The notes: a model not told the origin generated them from the sequence alone. A stretch of DNA of 64,000 nt from Bacteroidales bacterium (GCA_009777825.1 WRLA01000005.1:9286-73285); one strand, 5' to 3'. Counted from the stretch's first letter, positions 9,690-18,538 are shown. Numbers and translations: made by a program.

Positions 9690-9714
9690 AATATAAGTTT
9701 TCTATTTATTGATA

Positions 9715-11055
9715 TTACCATCTAAAAATATATCCGAGTTTTACTTGAAGTTTATGCAGTTTGTGTTTATAGTTTTCCATTTTTGGTTCCCCTGTGTATT
9801 CGGTGATAGTCATACGGTCGGAAGACCAGTAGTTGTCATTCGCCAAATTGTTGAAACCCCAATCATACGAAATGCCGATGTTTAGTCCATATACTTCAAA
9901 AGCAGTTCCAAGGCTAAGACCGGCATTGATTCTGCTAAAAGGAGCATCCGAAAATGTATATTTATAGGTATTCTTAGTAACATTTGCCCCATTAAAGGTG
10001 GTTTGGACATCTCCGGTTGTTCCAAAAAGATTAATCTTTCCGTTATAATTATAACTCCAGGAATAATACGTTCCTGTGGGAGTATTATCGTTAATATTAT
10101 ATTCGGGGAAATAAGGATAGTCAACAGAACCTGTTATGTCGCACTTTCCTGCAATACCAATGCCTATATAGGGTCCCATGTTCACCTGTATATTGGATTT
10201 GTCTGTTAATTTGATGCGATATGAAAATAAAAGCGGGATTTCCAGATAATGCATCTTGTATTGTTCCAAGAAACTCTCGTAAACGGTTCCCATTACATAA
10301 GTGGTTGTTGTGTAGGGATTCACCCACATATATCCTCCGGAGTTATATATTTTTAGGTCATAAGAATTTTTAAAAGAATTTGTCATTTGGATATTGACAT
10401 AATTTAGCGCCATTTGTAAATAGAGATTTTTATGCAACCGGATATCGAGCAATATGCCGGCGCTGATTCCTATTTTGGAGGAGTAGGACGGTTTTTCCCA
10501 GTTGGTTTCAGTATTGTCATAACCGTAATCAGCAACGCTTCCGATAAAACGTCCCGATGTACTTGTCGCGAATTTTGGGACGACCATCCCCACCGAAAGT
10601 CCGAAAGAGACATCTCGCCCTTTAATGACATGATCACGCACCGGTGCCGGCGGCGGTGTCGGTGGCTTAGCAAGTTCCGTTTTAATCTTCTCGATTTCAG
10701 TTACGCAAGCCTTATGCTGTGCTTTAGCATATTCATCTTTCGAGTTCATTGATACAACTTGCTGATATTTGTTGGCAGCATTTTCATAATCTTTGTCCCG
10801 ATAATAGCCGTCAGCCATGGCTTTATTCGTTTGGCAGTCTTCCGCATTTTTGATTTGTACGGAAACATCTTGCCCCGAATTGCCTGAAAGGTATCGGTAG
10901 GCTTTGTAGTTCTCCAATGCGCATTCGTAATTGCCTTTGTCATAACAATTGTCTCCATCTTGTAAATACGTTTCGGGATTGATGTCTTGTGCTGATGCGG
11001 GATGAAACATCACACATATCCCGACTAAAATCCATAATTTAACTAAATGATTCAT
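9715..11055 (-). CDS. outer-membrane beta-barrel protein with N-terminal TPR-like repeats
   Basis: Signal peptide MNHLVKLWILVGICVMFHPASAQ. TPR-like DGDNCYDKGNYECALENYKAY and DGYYRDKDYENAANKYQQ. Pro linker KPPTPPPAP. Alternating beta pattern ending in LGYIFRW (terminal aromatic beta-signal). Confidence 0.7.
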   Translation of the reverse strand: MNHLVKLWILVGICVMFHPASAQDINPETYLQDGDNCYDKGNYECALENYKAYRYLSGNSGQDVSVQIKNAEDCQTNKAMADGYYRDKDYENAANKYQQVVSMNSKDEYAKAQHKACVTEIEKIKTELAKPPTPPPAPVRDHVIKGRDVSFGLSVGMVVPKFATSTSGRFIGSVADYGYDNTETNWEKPSYSSKIGISAGILLDIRLHKNLYLQMALNYVNIQMTNSFKNSYDLKIYNSGGYMWVNPYTTTTYVMGTVYESFLEQYKMHYLEIPLLFSYRIKLTDKSNIQVNMGPYIGIGIAGKCDITGSVDYPYFPEYNINDNTPTGTYYSWSYNYNGKINLFGTTGDVQTTFNGANVTKNTYKYTFSDAPFSRINAGLSLGTAFEVYGLNIGISYDWGFNNLANDNYWSSDRMTITEYTGEPKMENYKHKLHKLQVKLGYIFRW

Positions 11056-11069
11056 AACGATATATATTT

Positions 11070-12656
11070 TTAATTACACTTATCAAGCAATGTTCTGACT
11101 TCTTCGGTATCGTCCAATTTCTGAGCAAAAGTGAGTAATGCTTTTACATATTTATCATATCCTTTGTGTGGGACTAATCCTTTGGCGTGATTCAAAAAGC
11201 GATTATAGCCTGTTTTGTCGGACGGGCTTATCGATTGCAGTTGTTTATACAAGTCAAAGGCTTTTTGATATTGTGCGGAGGCGAAAGCCTCGTTAGCCAT
11301 TGATAATAACTCAAGCGCCGAATGAACCGGTTCTTGGTTTTCAGGCTCAATGACTATCTCCTGTTCTATTTGTTTCTGGTCCTGGATACCCTGTCTCCGC
11401 CAATATTCCGGATCGGATGTAATATCCTCCTGTCCGGCTGGTTTGGTATTTTCCTTTTTTGTATTATTTTCCTTTTTTTCCGGTGTGGTGTTTTCTACTT
11501 TTATGACAGGTATTGCCGGCGCTGTTTCCGTTTTTTCGGGTTGTACTATTTTGTTTTCTTCGATTATGGGCGCGGGGAGCGAATCTACCGGCGCGGGTTC
11601 TTTTTGCATGTTATTTTCCGGCGTTACATCCGGTTTTTCGGTTTCTACCACAACCGGCGCCGGTTCTTTGGTAATCATCGGAAGGATATCCATGTATTTT
11701 ATCATCAAAAAAATTCCTGAAGCCACAATCATCGCGCCGAGGAGTAGCCATATCCAGAGTGTTTTTCTTCTCTTTTTGGTTTGCTTTTGGTCGTTTCCGA
11801 GTAAAACGTCCATGAACTCGGAAGCCGTTTGATAGCGTTCTTCCGGTTTGAGTTGCATGGCTTTCATGATGGTAGTGTTTGCCTCTTCGGGTATGTTTGG
11901 CTCTAATTCTTTCGGCGACGGCATGTTGTTCATGTTTCTCTCAACGGCGTCCATCGGTTTTTCTCCTGTCAGAACGAAGTAGAAGACGGCGCCCAAGGAG
12001 TAAATGTCGGAGTAGGAGCCTTTTTTGCTTATTACGGAATATTGTTCTAAGGGGGCATATCCTTTGGTTAAGACGGAGGTATGGCTTTGTGTTTTGTCGT
12101 GGACAAATTCGCGGGCGGAGCCGAAATCTATCAAAACGGCGGTATAGTCCGGCGTAATGATAATGTTATCCGGTTTGATATCGCGGTGTAAGATGCCTTT
12201 TGCATGAATATAGCTCATTGCTTCGGCGATTTGCGCTACATAGTTAACGGCGATGTCATAATCCAATTTTCCTTCTGTTTCAACAAGTTTTTGAAGGGTT
12301 GGTCCTTCTATGAACGGCATGACCATGTAAAAGGTGTTGTTTTCGTTAAAAACGTCCACAACTTTCACAATATTAGGATGTTCCATCTTTGCCAGCGTTC
12401 GCGATTCTTCTATAAATTTTTTCTTGAAATTATTGAAATCGTCTTCTTTAATGCCTTGTAAAAGAATTTTGCTTGTCTGTGTATTTCGCATACAATGCCC
12501 GCTGATGAAAAACTCTTTGATGGCATAATAACGCTGCAAGGTGGCATGGCGGGCATAATAGGTAATGCCAAACCCGCCCATTCCGAGTACTCTTTCGATA
12601 ATATATTTACCGTTATAAAGTGTTTTTCCTGCCGACAATTCTCGTACTCCGCTCAT
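11070..12656 (-). CDS. Hanks-type Ser/Thr protein kinase with a TM helix, P/E-rich linker and TPR-like C-terminal domain
   Basis: GMGGFGITYYARH, YAIKEF, HRDIKPDNII, DFGSAR, GYAPLEQ. TM LWIWLLLGAMIVASGIFLMI. Kinase domain is a close paralog of 8103..9689. Confidence 0.9.
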   Translation of the reverse strand: MSGVRELSAGKTLYNGKYIIERVLGMGGFGITYYARHATLQRYYAIKEFFISGHCMRNTQTSKILLQGIKEDDFNNFKKKFIEESRTLAKMEHPNIVKVVDVFNENNTFYMVMPFIEGPTLQKLVETEGKLDYDIAVNYVAQIAEAMSYIHAKGILHRDIKPDNIIITPDYTAVLIDFGSAREFVHDKTQSHTSVLTKGYAPLEQYSVISKKGSYSDIYSLGAVFYFVLTGEKPMDAVERNMNNMPSPKELEPNIPEEANTTIMKAMQLKPEERYQTASEFMDVLLGNDQKQTKKRRKTLWIWLLLGAMIVASGIFLMIKYMDILPMITKEPAPVVVETEKPDVTPENNMQKEPAPVDSLPAPIIEENKIVQPEKTETAPAIPVIKVENTTPEKKENNTKKENTKPAGQEDITSDPEYWRRQGIQDQKQIEQEIVIEPENQEPVHSALELLSMANEAFASAQYQKAFDLYKQLQSISPSDKTGYNRFLNHAKGLVPHKGYDKYVKALLTFAQKLDDTEEVRTLLDKCN

Positions 12657-12664
12657 ATCTTGTA

Positions 12665-13930
12665 TTATTTTTTTATCAGACTAAGGATATAATAGGTTAT
12701 CAACATTGTTATAAGCCCCAACGCCGTTCGCCAGACGTATTGCCAGATTTTCCCCCACGGGAACGGTTTTTTCTCTTTTTTGACTTTCTGCGTTTTAACG
12801 TCCGTCTTTACAATAGACTGGTCGGGCAGATAGTTTTTCCACGGCAAGGTCGTATTGCCTATTCTTACGATGTCGGTCGAGTTCAAAGAGACCTCTTCGC
12901 CGCTGGTTATTCTTTTCCCGTTTACGAAAGTTCCGTTTTTGGTGTGTAAATCAATGAGCGTGGCTTTTCCCGCGTCGTCAAAAATCATTTGCAGATGTTG
13001 ACGTCCCACAAATGAATCATTGATAACAATATCGTTGTTAATATCGCGTCCGATGGAGATTATTTTCATATCTTTTGCGTTTTTGACTTTTTTTGTGTTT
13101 TTTGTATTTTTTTCCTCTTTTTTACTTAATTTCAATAAATCCTCTTTAAACTCTTTACAGGATTGGTATCTTTCGCTTCCCCGTTTCTGCAATGCCCGTT
13201 CGACAATGGGTTGATACTTCGGATTTACATCGGAATAGAAATCGGCTGCTACGGGGGTGGCGTTGTTGCAGATTTTCTCGAAGGTATCGGTGTGGTTGAC
13301 GCCCGAAAAGGGCAATTTCCCGGTAATCACATTGAAAAAGGTAACGCCCAAGGCAAATATATCGGTATAACGCCCTAACTGTTCCTTATTGATTTGTTCG
13401 GGCGCCATGAACGCCGGACTGCCGCATTTTTTCAAATTGTTGCTCTTGTCGTTTACCTTGGCGGAGATGCCCATGTCCAGGATTTTGATATTCCAATTTT
13501 TCAAAACCATGATGTTGCCGGGCTTGATGTCTAAATGCAGAATTTCGTTTTGGTGCAGATAGTCAATGGTGTCCAATATTTGGCAAAACAACGGGATGAC
13601 CGTTTCATCGCTCATCGGAACGGTTCTCGTGTTGAGGTAAACGTCCAACGGCGTGCCGTTCACAAACTCCATAATCAGATAGAACTTGTCTCTGTCTTCG
13701 ACAAACTCTACCAACTTGACAATGTTGGGATGCGACAGATAGAGATAGTGGTTGGCTTCTTCCCGAAAGCGCTCCATTATAAAATCGTCTTTCGCCCGAC
13801 TGGGAAACAGCGCCTTGATAGCGACTTCATACCCGCTGCGCAAATCTACGCCGCGATATACTGCCGCCGTGCCGCCGGATTCTATCAGGCTGTCAACGTG
13901 ATAATGGGGGATTTTGGGAAGAAGGTTCAT
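12665..13930 (-). CDS. divergent Ser/Thr kinase fused to an FHA domain with a C-terminal TM anchor
   Basis: VAIKAL, HLDIKPGNIM (non-RD), DMGISAK (DMG instead of DFG), AFMAPEQ. FHA region: IGRDINNDIVINDSFVGRQHLQMIF...DLHTKNGTFVNG. TM LGLITMLITYYILSLI. Confidence 0.85.
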   Translation of the reverse strand: MNLLPKIPHYHVDSLIESGGTAAVYRGVDLRSGYEVAIKALFPSRAKDDFIMERFREEANHYLYLSHPNIVKLVEFVEDRDKFYLIMEFVNGTPLDVYLNTRTVPMSDETVIPLFCQILDTIDYLHQNEILHLDIKPGNIMVLKNWNIKILDMGISAKVNDKSNNLKKCGSPAFMAPEQINKEQLGRYTDIFALGVTFFNVITGKLPFSGVNHTDTFEKICNNATPVAADFYSDVNPKYQPIVERALQKRGSERYQSCKEFKEDLLKLSKKEEKNTKNTKKVKNAKDMKIISIGRDINNDIVINDSFVGRQHLQMIFDDAGKATLIDLHTKNGTFVNGKRITSGEEVSLNSTDIVRIGNTTLPWKNYLPDQSIVKTDVKTQKVKKEKKPFPWGKIWQYVWRTALGLITMLITYYILSLIKK

Positions 13931-15024
13931 TTTTTCTCATTTGTATTATTTAGTCTTGTAATCCTTGCGCTCAATTCGCTTATTTTCTTGGTTTTCAGAA
14001 GTTTGTATTTGTCAAAGTTCTCAGGTTTCTTGCCGTTTTTCACAAGTATGTCGGTTATTTTAATAATCTTTTCAGCGATTATTTTAAAGTTTCCCTTACT
14101 TTCCTCGCTTGGCTTGTCCTCTGTCAGATACTTAAGTGCATCTTTGCAAAGGGATAGCGTTTCTTTAATATTTTCCTGAGAATAAACGGAATCAATAGCA
14201 ATACAATCGTTCATCATTATAGTAAAAGCCTCGTTTTTCAATCTCTCTTGTTGTTGCAAGAGGCTATCCTTTGCCGGTTTTTTTAATTGTGGTACAATTC
14301 TTTGCATCTCGTTCAACTTTCCATCATAATAAGCCAAAGTATCCTGACACGGCGATTTAGGTTTTGCCGTTGGTTGCGCAATCGCAGCCGCCTGCTCTTT
14401 TTTGAACTGCTCGTACTCTTTTTTGTTACTCACGCCTTCGATGCCCGCGATGGATATATCGTCCTTATCAAAGACGCGCACTTCAAAAAGCACGGAATCA
14501 ACTTTGGGTCTGTTGTCTTTAAAATATTTCTGAGCGGCAGCAATACACTCCTCCTTTGCACGATACTCTTTGCTCATGGGTTGTAGCACATCGTTTTTGA
14601 AATATTGATGGTAGTAATAGTACTCCTTAACCTCTTCACTCCCTTTTTTTGAGCCGTTGTTGTTACACGCGTAAATCTTTACGGTTGTGGCTTCGGGATA
14701 AAGCGTGTTGAATGTTGGTTTATTCTTGCAAGGTATCGTCTTTGTGTTTGCCATCAATATCCAATTGATGTTTTGAATGGTTTTTGTCTCTCTGCCACTG
14801 GGGCGGGTCAACTCCATTTCATAATTGGCTTCTTTGCCGGTGTATTGACTGCGAAGCGATGCTTCGGCTTTGTCGAGTTCACTGGATAGATTGTAAGTAT
14901 TACCATAAACAACCCCGCCCGAAGGATAAACCTGGGTGATCTTAATCGCGAAACTGCTTTGTGCTTGTATCTGTAGCGAAAACAGAACAAAAATCATAAT
15001 GCTAAAAAGGTGTTTTTTTGTCAT
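13927..15024 (-). CDS. secreted hypothetical protein (signal peptide), function unknown
   Basis: MTKKHLFSIMIFVLFSLQIQAQ. 4-nt overlap with the downstream kinase start and a 1-nt gap to the PP2C gene upstream. Confidence 0.7.
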   Translation of the reverse strand: MTKKHLFSIMIFVLFSLQIQAQSSFAIKITQVYPSGGVVYGNTYNLSSELDKAEASLRSQYTGKEANYEMELTRPSGRETKTIQNINWILMANTKTIPCKNKPTFNTLYPEATTVKIYACNNNGSKKGSEEVKEYYYYHQYFKNDVLQPMSKEYRAKEECIAAAQKYFKDNRPKVDSVLFEVRVFDKDDISIAGIEGVSNKKEYEQFKKEQAAAIAQPTAKPKSPCQDTLAYYDGKLNEMQRIVPQLKKPAKDSLLQQQERLKNEAFTIMMNDCIAIDSVYSQENIKETLSLCKDALKYLTEDKPSEESKGNFKIIAEKIIKITDILVKNGKKPENFDKYKLLKTKKISELSARITRLNNTNEKK

Positions 15025-15025
15025 A

Positions 15026-16240
15026 TTATTTACTATATTTTTGGTCTTTTTTATATCTTATGTGTTCTTTACCAGGTGTATATTCAAAATGAGTTATTTC
15101 ACCAGTATTTTTTTTAATAATCTTTATTTCACCCACCTCGTAATCATCATTTTCATGAACCCATAAGGCAGGAATGTCTTGATTATATTCTGGTTTTGTA
15201 CTAAAAATCCTTTTCCCCTTTATCTCTGCAATCTGTATATACCCAAGTTCTTTCACCGCTTTTTTCCATTCCGGCTCCTCATATACCTGAACATCACCCG
15301 TTTGTGTAACATTCGTCTCCGTTTTCTCCGTTGCGGGATGTAACCATAGAAACACACCTGCCGTAGCAGCAATCAGCAAGACAACGATAGCCGCAATCAG
15401 CATGATACCGCGTTTATTACTTTTTTTGCTATTACTGTTCCGACTCGGTAACGAATTTTTACATTCAAACACCGACTGTGCATGTGGACTATTGCTGACC
15501 TGTACCAACTGAATCGTAATATTATCTTTTCCGCCTGCCTGTTTTGCAAAAGTAAGCATATTTTCGCCTTTTTCCGTCAGTGGCGTTTTTTGTGTCAGGA
15601 TGTGCTGAATGATTTCGTCATTGACCATGCTTGTCAAGCCGTCGCTGCATACTAAGAACACATCTCCTTTGGCGGGGAGGACGGGCATGGTGCAGACATC
15701 GGGCTGTATCGTTTTTTGTATGCCGAGCGTTTTTAGTATTCTGTTTCTGTTGGGATGACCTTCGGCTTCGGCTTCGGTGATGATTCCCTGGTCAACCAAT
15801 CCCTGTACGATGGAGTGGTCTTTGGTGAGACGACACAACTGTTGCTGTTTGTTGCAAAAGAGGTAAATCCGGCTGTCGCCGATATGGGCAAACCATGCCT
15901 TGTCGTCTCTTATGAGAAGTACACATGCGGTCGTTCCCATTCCTTTCAGTTCGGGATTTTCGTTTGCCGTTTGCAAAATTTGTTTGTTGGCATAGCCCAA
16001 AGCATCTTCCATGGCTTGGTGAATCACCGCGTATCGTTCTTTGGTAAAGAAGTTGACCATGCTGTTCACGGCTATGGCGGAGGCTTTGGCACCGCCGACG
16101 TGTCCGCCCATGCCGTCGCAAACGACAAAGAGAAAGCCATTCGGCGTCTCGGCAGCATAACAGTTATCTTCGTTAGCCTGCCTGACCAATCCTACGTCGG
16201 TTACCGAAAATACATCTTTATTAAAATCTATCAAATTCAT
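15026..16240 (-). CDS. PP2C-family Ser/Thr phosphatase with a TM helix and a small extracytoplasmic domain
   Basis: RQANEDN, VCDGMGGH, GMGTT, HIGDSRIY, VCSDGL, GGKDNIT. TM IMLIAAIVVLLIAATAGVFLWL. Confidence 0.9.
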   Translation of the reverse strand: MNLIDFNKDVFSVTDVGLVRQANEDNCYAAETPNGFLFVVCDGMGGHVGGAKASAIAVNSMVNFFTKERYAVIHQAMEDALGYANKQILQTANENPELKGMGTTACVLLIRDDKAWFAHIGDSRIYLFCNKQQQLCRLTKDHSIVQGLVDQGIITEAEAEGHPNRNRILKTLGIQKTIQPDVCTMPVLPAKGDVFLVCSDGLTSMVNDEIIQHILTQKTPLTEKGENMLTFAKQAGGKDNITIQLVQVSNSPHAQSVFECKNSLPSRNSNSKKSNKRGIMLIAAIVVLLIAATAGVFLWLHPATEKTETNVTQTGDVQVYEEPEWKKAVKELGYIQIAEIKGKRIFSTKPEYNQDIPALWVHENDDYEVGEIKIIKKNTGEITHFEYTPGKEHIRYKKDQKYSK

Positions 16241-16250
16241 AATCTGTGCT

Positions 16251-17798
16251 TTACAAGTAAAATTTAATCGCTACTTCGCCTAATTGAATGACGTCCGAAC
16301 TCTTCAACTCTGCGCTTTCAATATACTCTCCGTTGACAATGATGCCGTTGGAGGAGTTCAAATCATAGATCTCGAAACAGACGCCGTTAAACACTATTTG
16401 TGCGTGATGTTTGCTTACCGTCGGGTCGGCAATCACAACGTCGTTGTCGTCTCCTCTGCCGAGGGTGGAGGTCGCATTGCCGATATGGTAGATGACGCCG
16501 TCGTTGACGGAGATTAAACGCGGCAGTAAGTTCTTGGTGTGCATCAGTTGGGTGAGGCGTTCTTCCTGTTCCTCTTCCTGCGCCTGTTTCTTTTCCTGTT
16601 CGGCGGCTCTTTGCCGGCGTTGAAACTCGTCCTGGGTGGCGCTCAGTTTGCGTTTCAAACTCTCCTGCTCTGCCGACAGTTGGGCTTTCTGACGCTCGTC
16701 CTGTTGTTTCCGGGCTGCCTTACGGTTTTTTCTTCTTCTGAAAAATCTAATAGCGAAGATTATGCCAAAGGTGATAAGTGCAACTGTTACCATCAACACA
16801 ATCAACGACACGATTAAATATCTTCTAAAACAGTCCTTTACCCAGCCAATGAACGAGAACTCCGGCGTTTTATAGGGCATGATGTTGTAATCCGTTCCCT
16901 TGGAATTTAACACCAAGGGGTACGAAGCGCCATCTCTTTTTAACGACGAGACAAATGTTATCTTATAATCTTGCCCGTAATGACGACGGTTGAGGTCGTT
17001 GAAACGGCTTAACAGCGTGCCTCGCGTCGCCTCCGAACTGCCGTCGGAGAGGATAAATTGCCCATAAGTCTCTTGGGACATATAGGCAATGACCGAGTAA
17101 TTGTCACTCTTCGATAATGGGTAATAGACCGTGTAAACCGGAATCTTATTCAGCAACGCCTGATTGACAATCGGCGACATCTCCACATCGGGAACATACT
17201 GCCCGGCGGTGATGACAAAAATAGCCCGCGTGTTACTCTTCGGCTCTTTCTCTATCAAATCCAACCCCTCCTTCACCGCCAAAAACAAATCGGACTTGTC
17301 GGGTTTGTTCGGATAAGAGACGGTGCCAAGCCGGTAGTCCGAATATTGCGCAAGAGCGGTTTGCAACACCTCTTTATCGGAAGTAAACTCCTGCAAACGC
17401 CCCTTTAACGCCGGCTCGTCGCCCTGCTTGCGGTTAAAGACGGCGATGTTGAACATCGTCGTTTTATCCGAAACCACATCTTCCTTGAAGAAATAGTACA
17501 GCAACTCCGCCGCAAAAGCAAATTGATCTTGACGGTTAGGCTGATACTCCCACAAAAAAAGAACGCTCTTGTTCCGCTCCGGAATATCCGCCAACACGTT
17601 CTCACATCTGAATGCCACCTCCGCTCCATTCTCTTTTAGCGAAAACTGATTGGGATGGAGCGGCTCAGGATTGTACTCGTTCCAAATAAACGAGACCTCA
17701 GGAAAATACTGCATCTCTATATCCCCCCGCAAACTACCCTGCTGGGCGTAAACGGAAAAACTGATAAACACTATAAGAAGTGATAGAAAATGTTTCAT
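16251..17798 (-). CDS. bitopic membrane protein: signal peptide, ~310-aa exoplasmic domain, TM, charged coiled-coil, cytoplasmic C-terminal FHA domain
   Basis: MKHFLSLLIVFISFSVYAQ. TM YLIVSLIVLMVTVALITFGIIFAI. R/K/E/Q-rich stretch. FHA region: LGRGDDNDVVIADPTVSKHHAQIVF...DLNSSNGIIVNG. Confidence 0.85.
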   Translation of the reverse strand: MKHFLSLLIVFISFSVYAQQGSLRGDIEMQYFPEVSFIWNEYNPEPLHPNQFSLKENGAEVAFRCENVLADIPERNKSVLFLWEYQPNRQDQFAFAAELLYYFFKEDVVSDKTTMFNIAVFNRKQGDEPALKGRLQEFTSDKEVLQTALAQYSDYRLGTVSYPNKPDKSDLFLAVKEGLDLIEKEPKSNTRAIFVITAGQYVPDVEMSPIVNQALLNKIPVYTVYYPLSKSDNYSVIAYMSQETYGQFILSDGSSEATRGTLLSRFNDLNRRHYGQDYKITFVSSLKRDGASYPLVLNSKGTDYNIMPYKTPEFSFIGWVKDCFRRYLIVSLIVLMVTVALITFGIIFAIRFFRRRKNRKAARKQQDERQKAQLSAEQESLKRKLSATQDEFQRRQRAAEQEKKQAQEEEQEERLTQLMHTKNLLPRLISVNDGVIYHIGNATSTLGRGDDNDVVIADPTVSKHHAQIVFNGVCFEIYDLNSSNGIIVNGEYIESAELKSSDVIQLGEVAIKFYL

Positions 17799-17807
17799 AG
17801 ACTGTGT

Positions 17808-18026
17808 TTACATTAACGAACGAATCACTCTTTCTACATTCTCAAATGTGCCGGCAGTCCCCTCCATTGCGGATACAAAAGAGTTATAGTCGCTACGAAT
17901 CACAGCGATATGCTCACCGAAGAATTGTTTTTTTACTTCATCTTGCCACGTGGCGTCTGCCTGAGAAATATAACTATTCTCCAAAACAGACTTGCTTTCC
18001 ATTAATTCTGAAATTTTGGCTCTCAT
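17808..18026 (-). CDS. 72-aa helical protein carrying a half W-x-D module (ATWQDEVKKQFFGEH)
   Basis: ORF spaced 9 nt from the downstream gene. Shares the WQDEV..F motif with the ~90-aa family. Confidence 0.6.
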   Translation of the reverse strand: MRAKISELMESKSVLENSYISQADATWQDEVKKQFFGEHIAVIRSDYNSFVSAMEGTAGTFENVERVIRSLM

Positions 18027-18046
18027 ATCATCATCTTTATATGTTA

Positions 18047-18538
18047 TTAACTTTTACTTTCCTTAGGGATGGCATCTATACTTGCCGTTTCATTTGCCGA
18101 ACTTGCATATTCCGACAAATGCTGAATTATTCTGTCCAACTCTTTCATCGTTTCTGTTTTTACCATATTCAATGAGTTGACATATCTGCTTTCAGAACTC
18201 TTATAGGTAGAAAAAGCATTAGCAAGACGAGACATTTCCGATTTGTAGCGTGCATAATCTGCCTGTGCTTGCGACAAAGCCCGTTCCTGATACGCACAAG
18301 AGCGCCTGAACTCCGGCGGATCCATTGCCTTAGCTATCTCACACGACCTTAACGCTTGTGCTGCTACTTCTACTCTGTGTCTAAAAAGGTTCTCTAAACT
18401 TGCCAATTCTTCCATCTTGCGGGAAAGCAGCGAGGTGAAACCTTGTGAAATTTCCATATTTCTGCCACAATACTGCGGCAGAGCCTGATATAGGGATTGG
18501 AGAATCCCTATATCATGAACGTTGCCTTTTGTACTCAT
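18047..18538 (-). CDS. 163-aa all-helical hypothetical protein (possible chaperone/adaptor)
   Basis: ORF spaced 4 nt from the upstream gene. No recognisable motif. Heptad-like helical composition. Confidence 0.6.
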   Translation of the reverse strand: MSTKGNVHDIGILQSLYQALPQYCGRNMEISQGFTSLLSRKMEELASLENLFRHRVEVAAQALRSCEIAKAMDPPEFRRSCAYQERALSQAQADYARYKSEMSRLANAFSTYKSSESRYVNSLNMVKTETMKELDRIIQHLSEYASSANETASIDAIPKESKS

